Source: a virus
DNA length: 64,000 nucleotides
Strand: one strand, 5' to 3'
IMG/VR virus record: IMGVR_UViG_3300020175_000005
Span: 1 to 64,000 of that record
Shown here: positions 63,774-64,000 of the stretch, piece after piece
Layout: the number at the start of each line of letters is the position of its first letter
Numbering within the stretch: the stretch's first letter is position 1
Notes under the pieces: generated by a model
Seen by the model: the letters and a program-made list of their open reading frames with translations, nothing else
Database searches by the model: none
Told to the model about the DNA's origin: nothing
Made by a program: the position numbers and the translations under genes

Positions 63774-64000
63774 TCATAGCAACTCTGGAAACATTCTCTT
63801 TACATAATTATTGACAATTACCTGGGTATCTCGATCCACTTGAGATATATTGCCTCTGGGGGCATCAACGCCTTGTGTTCGAATTTCACCCTTGGCTACA
63901 CGCAAAAGTTCACGCTTGTTTAGTTCTTGTACTTGATCTAAGGTGACTTGTCGTTGAGCGATTGCACTTATAATATATTCGGATACATCGCCGTGAGTCA
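63774..64000 (-). CDS. hypothetical protein (start at or beyond the window end)
   Basis: Open frame ..THGDVSEYIISAIAQ...YVKRMFPELL*. Confidence 0.5.
   Translation of the reverse strand, partial: THGDVSEYIISAIAQRQVTLDQVQELNKRELLRVAKGEIRTQGVDAPRGNISQVDRDTQVIVNNYVKRMFPELL

Noticed and set aside
786-63814. Most short plus-strand ORFs in the track (e.g. 15950-16426, 44364-45473, 58670-58903, 62634-62897)
   Set aside because: They are antisense shadows of well-supported minus-strand genes or tRNAs, with no RBS or recognisable motif.
1-64000. CRISPR array or cas genes
   Set aside because: No regularly spaced identical repeats with unique spacers; the repeats seen are coding repeats or dispersed promoter cassettes.
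1-64000. Stop-codon reassignment
   Set aside because: Conserved genes are full length in the standard code, TAA, TAG and TGA all terminate genes, and no suppressor tRNA was seen.
1-64000. Bacterial chromosome or plasmid origin of the window
   Set aside because: Despite housekeeping-like genes, the T4-like late promoters, spanins, endolysin, fibre genes, dense single-strand small ORFs and lack of bacterial operon context indicate a large phage.

Overview
A 64-kb segment of an AT-rich jumbo/T4-related dsDNA bacteriophage. The host is probably a marine alphaproteobacterium (Rhodobacterales-like), inferred from the two-piece alphaproteobacterial-type tmRNA and its tag, the spanins and a porin-like gene. 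Genes are dense and almost all on the minus strand, behind sigma70-like early promoters (TTGACA-17-TATATT) and T4-like late promoters (TAAATA). The window holds 17 tRNA genes in three clusters, a circularly permuted tmRNA, translation genes (infA, infC, rpsU), a proteostasis set (clpA, clpS, clpX, clpP, DnaJ-like, Hsp20), candidate ribosome-rescue factors (Smr domain, ArfA-like), lysis genes, fibre/adhesin proteins, uvsE, phoH, guaC, fpr, a peroxiredoxin, and many radical SAM/SPASM, 2OG-Fe(II) oxygenase and sulfotransferase-like genes. The most striking features are at the RNA level: (1) an apparent Trp/Pro-sensing leader-peptide attenuator upstream of the phage's own tRNA-Trp and tRNA-Pro genes; (2) a protein-coding gene nested in the excised intervening segment of the permuted tmRNA; (3) a CCA-ended tRNA-like RNA with an aberrant anticodon arm and its own late promoter; (4) a rare tRNA-Ser(ACT); (5) pseudoknot-rich structured RNAs in the tRNA-operon spacers, some enclosed by a shared closing helix. 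All calls come from reading the sequence by eye. No database search or folding software was run.
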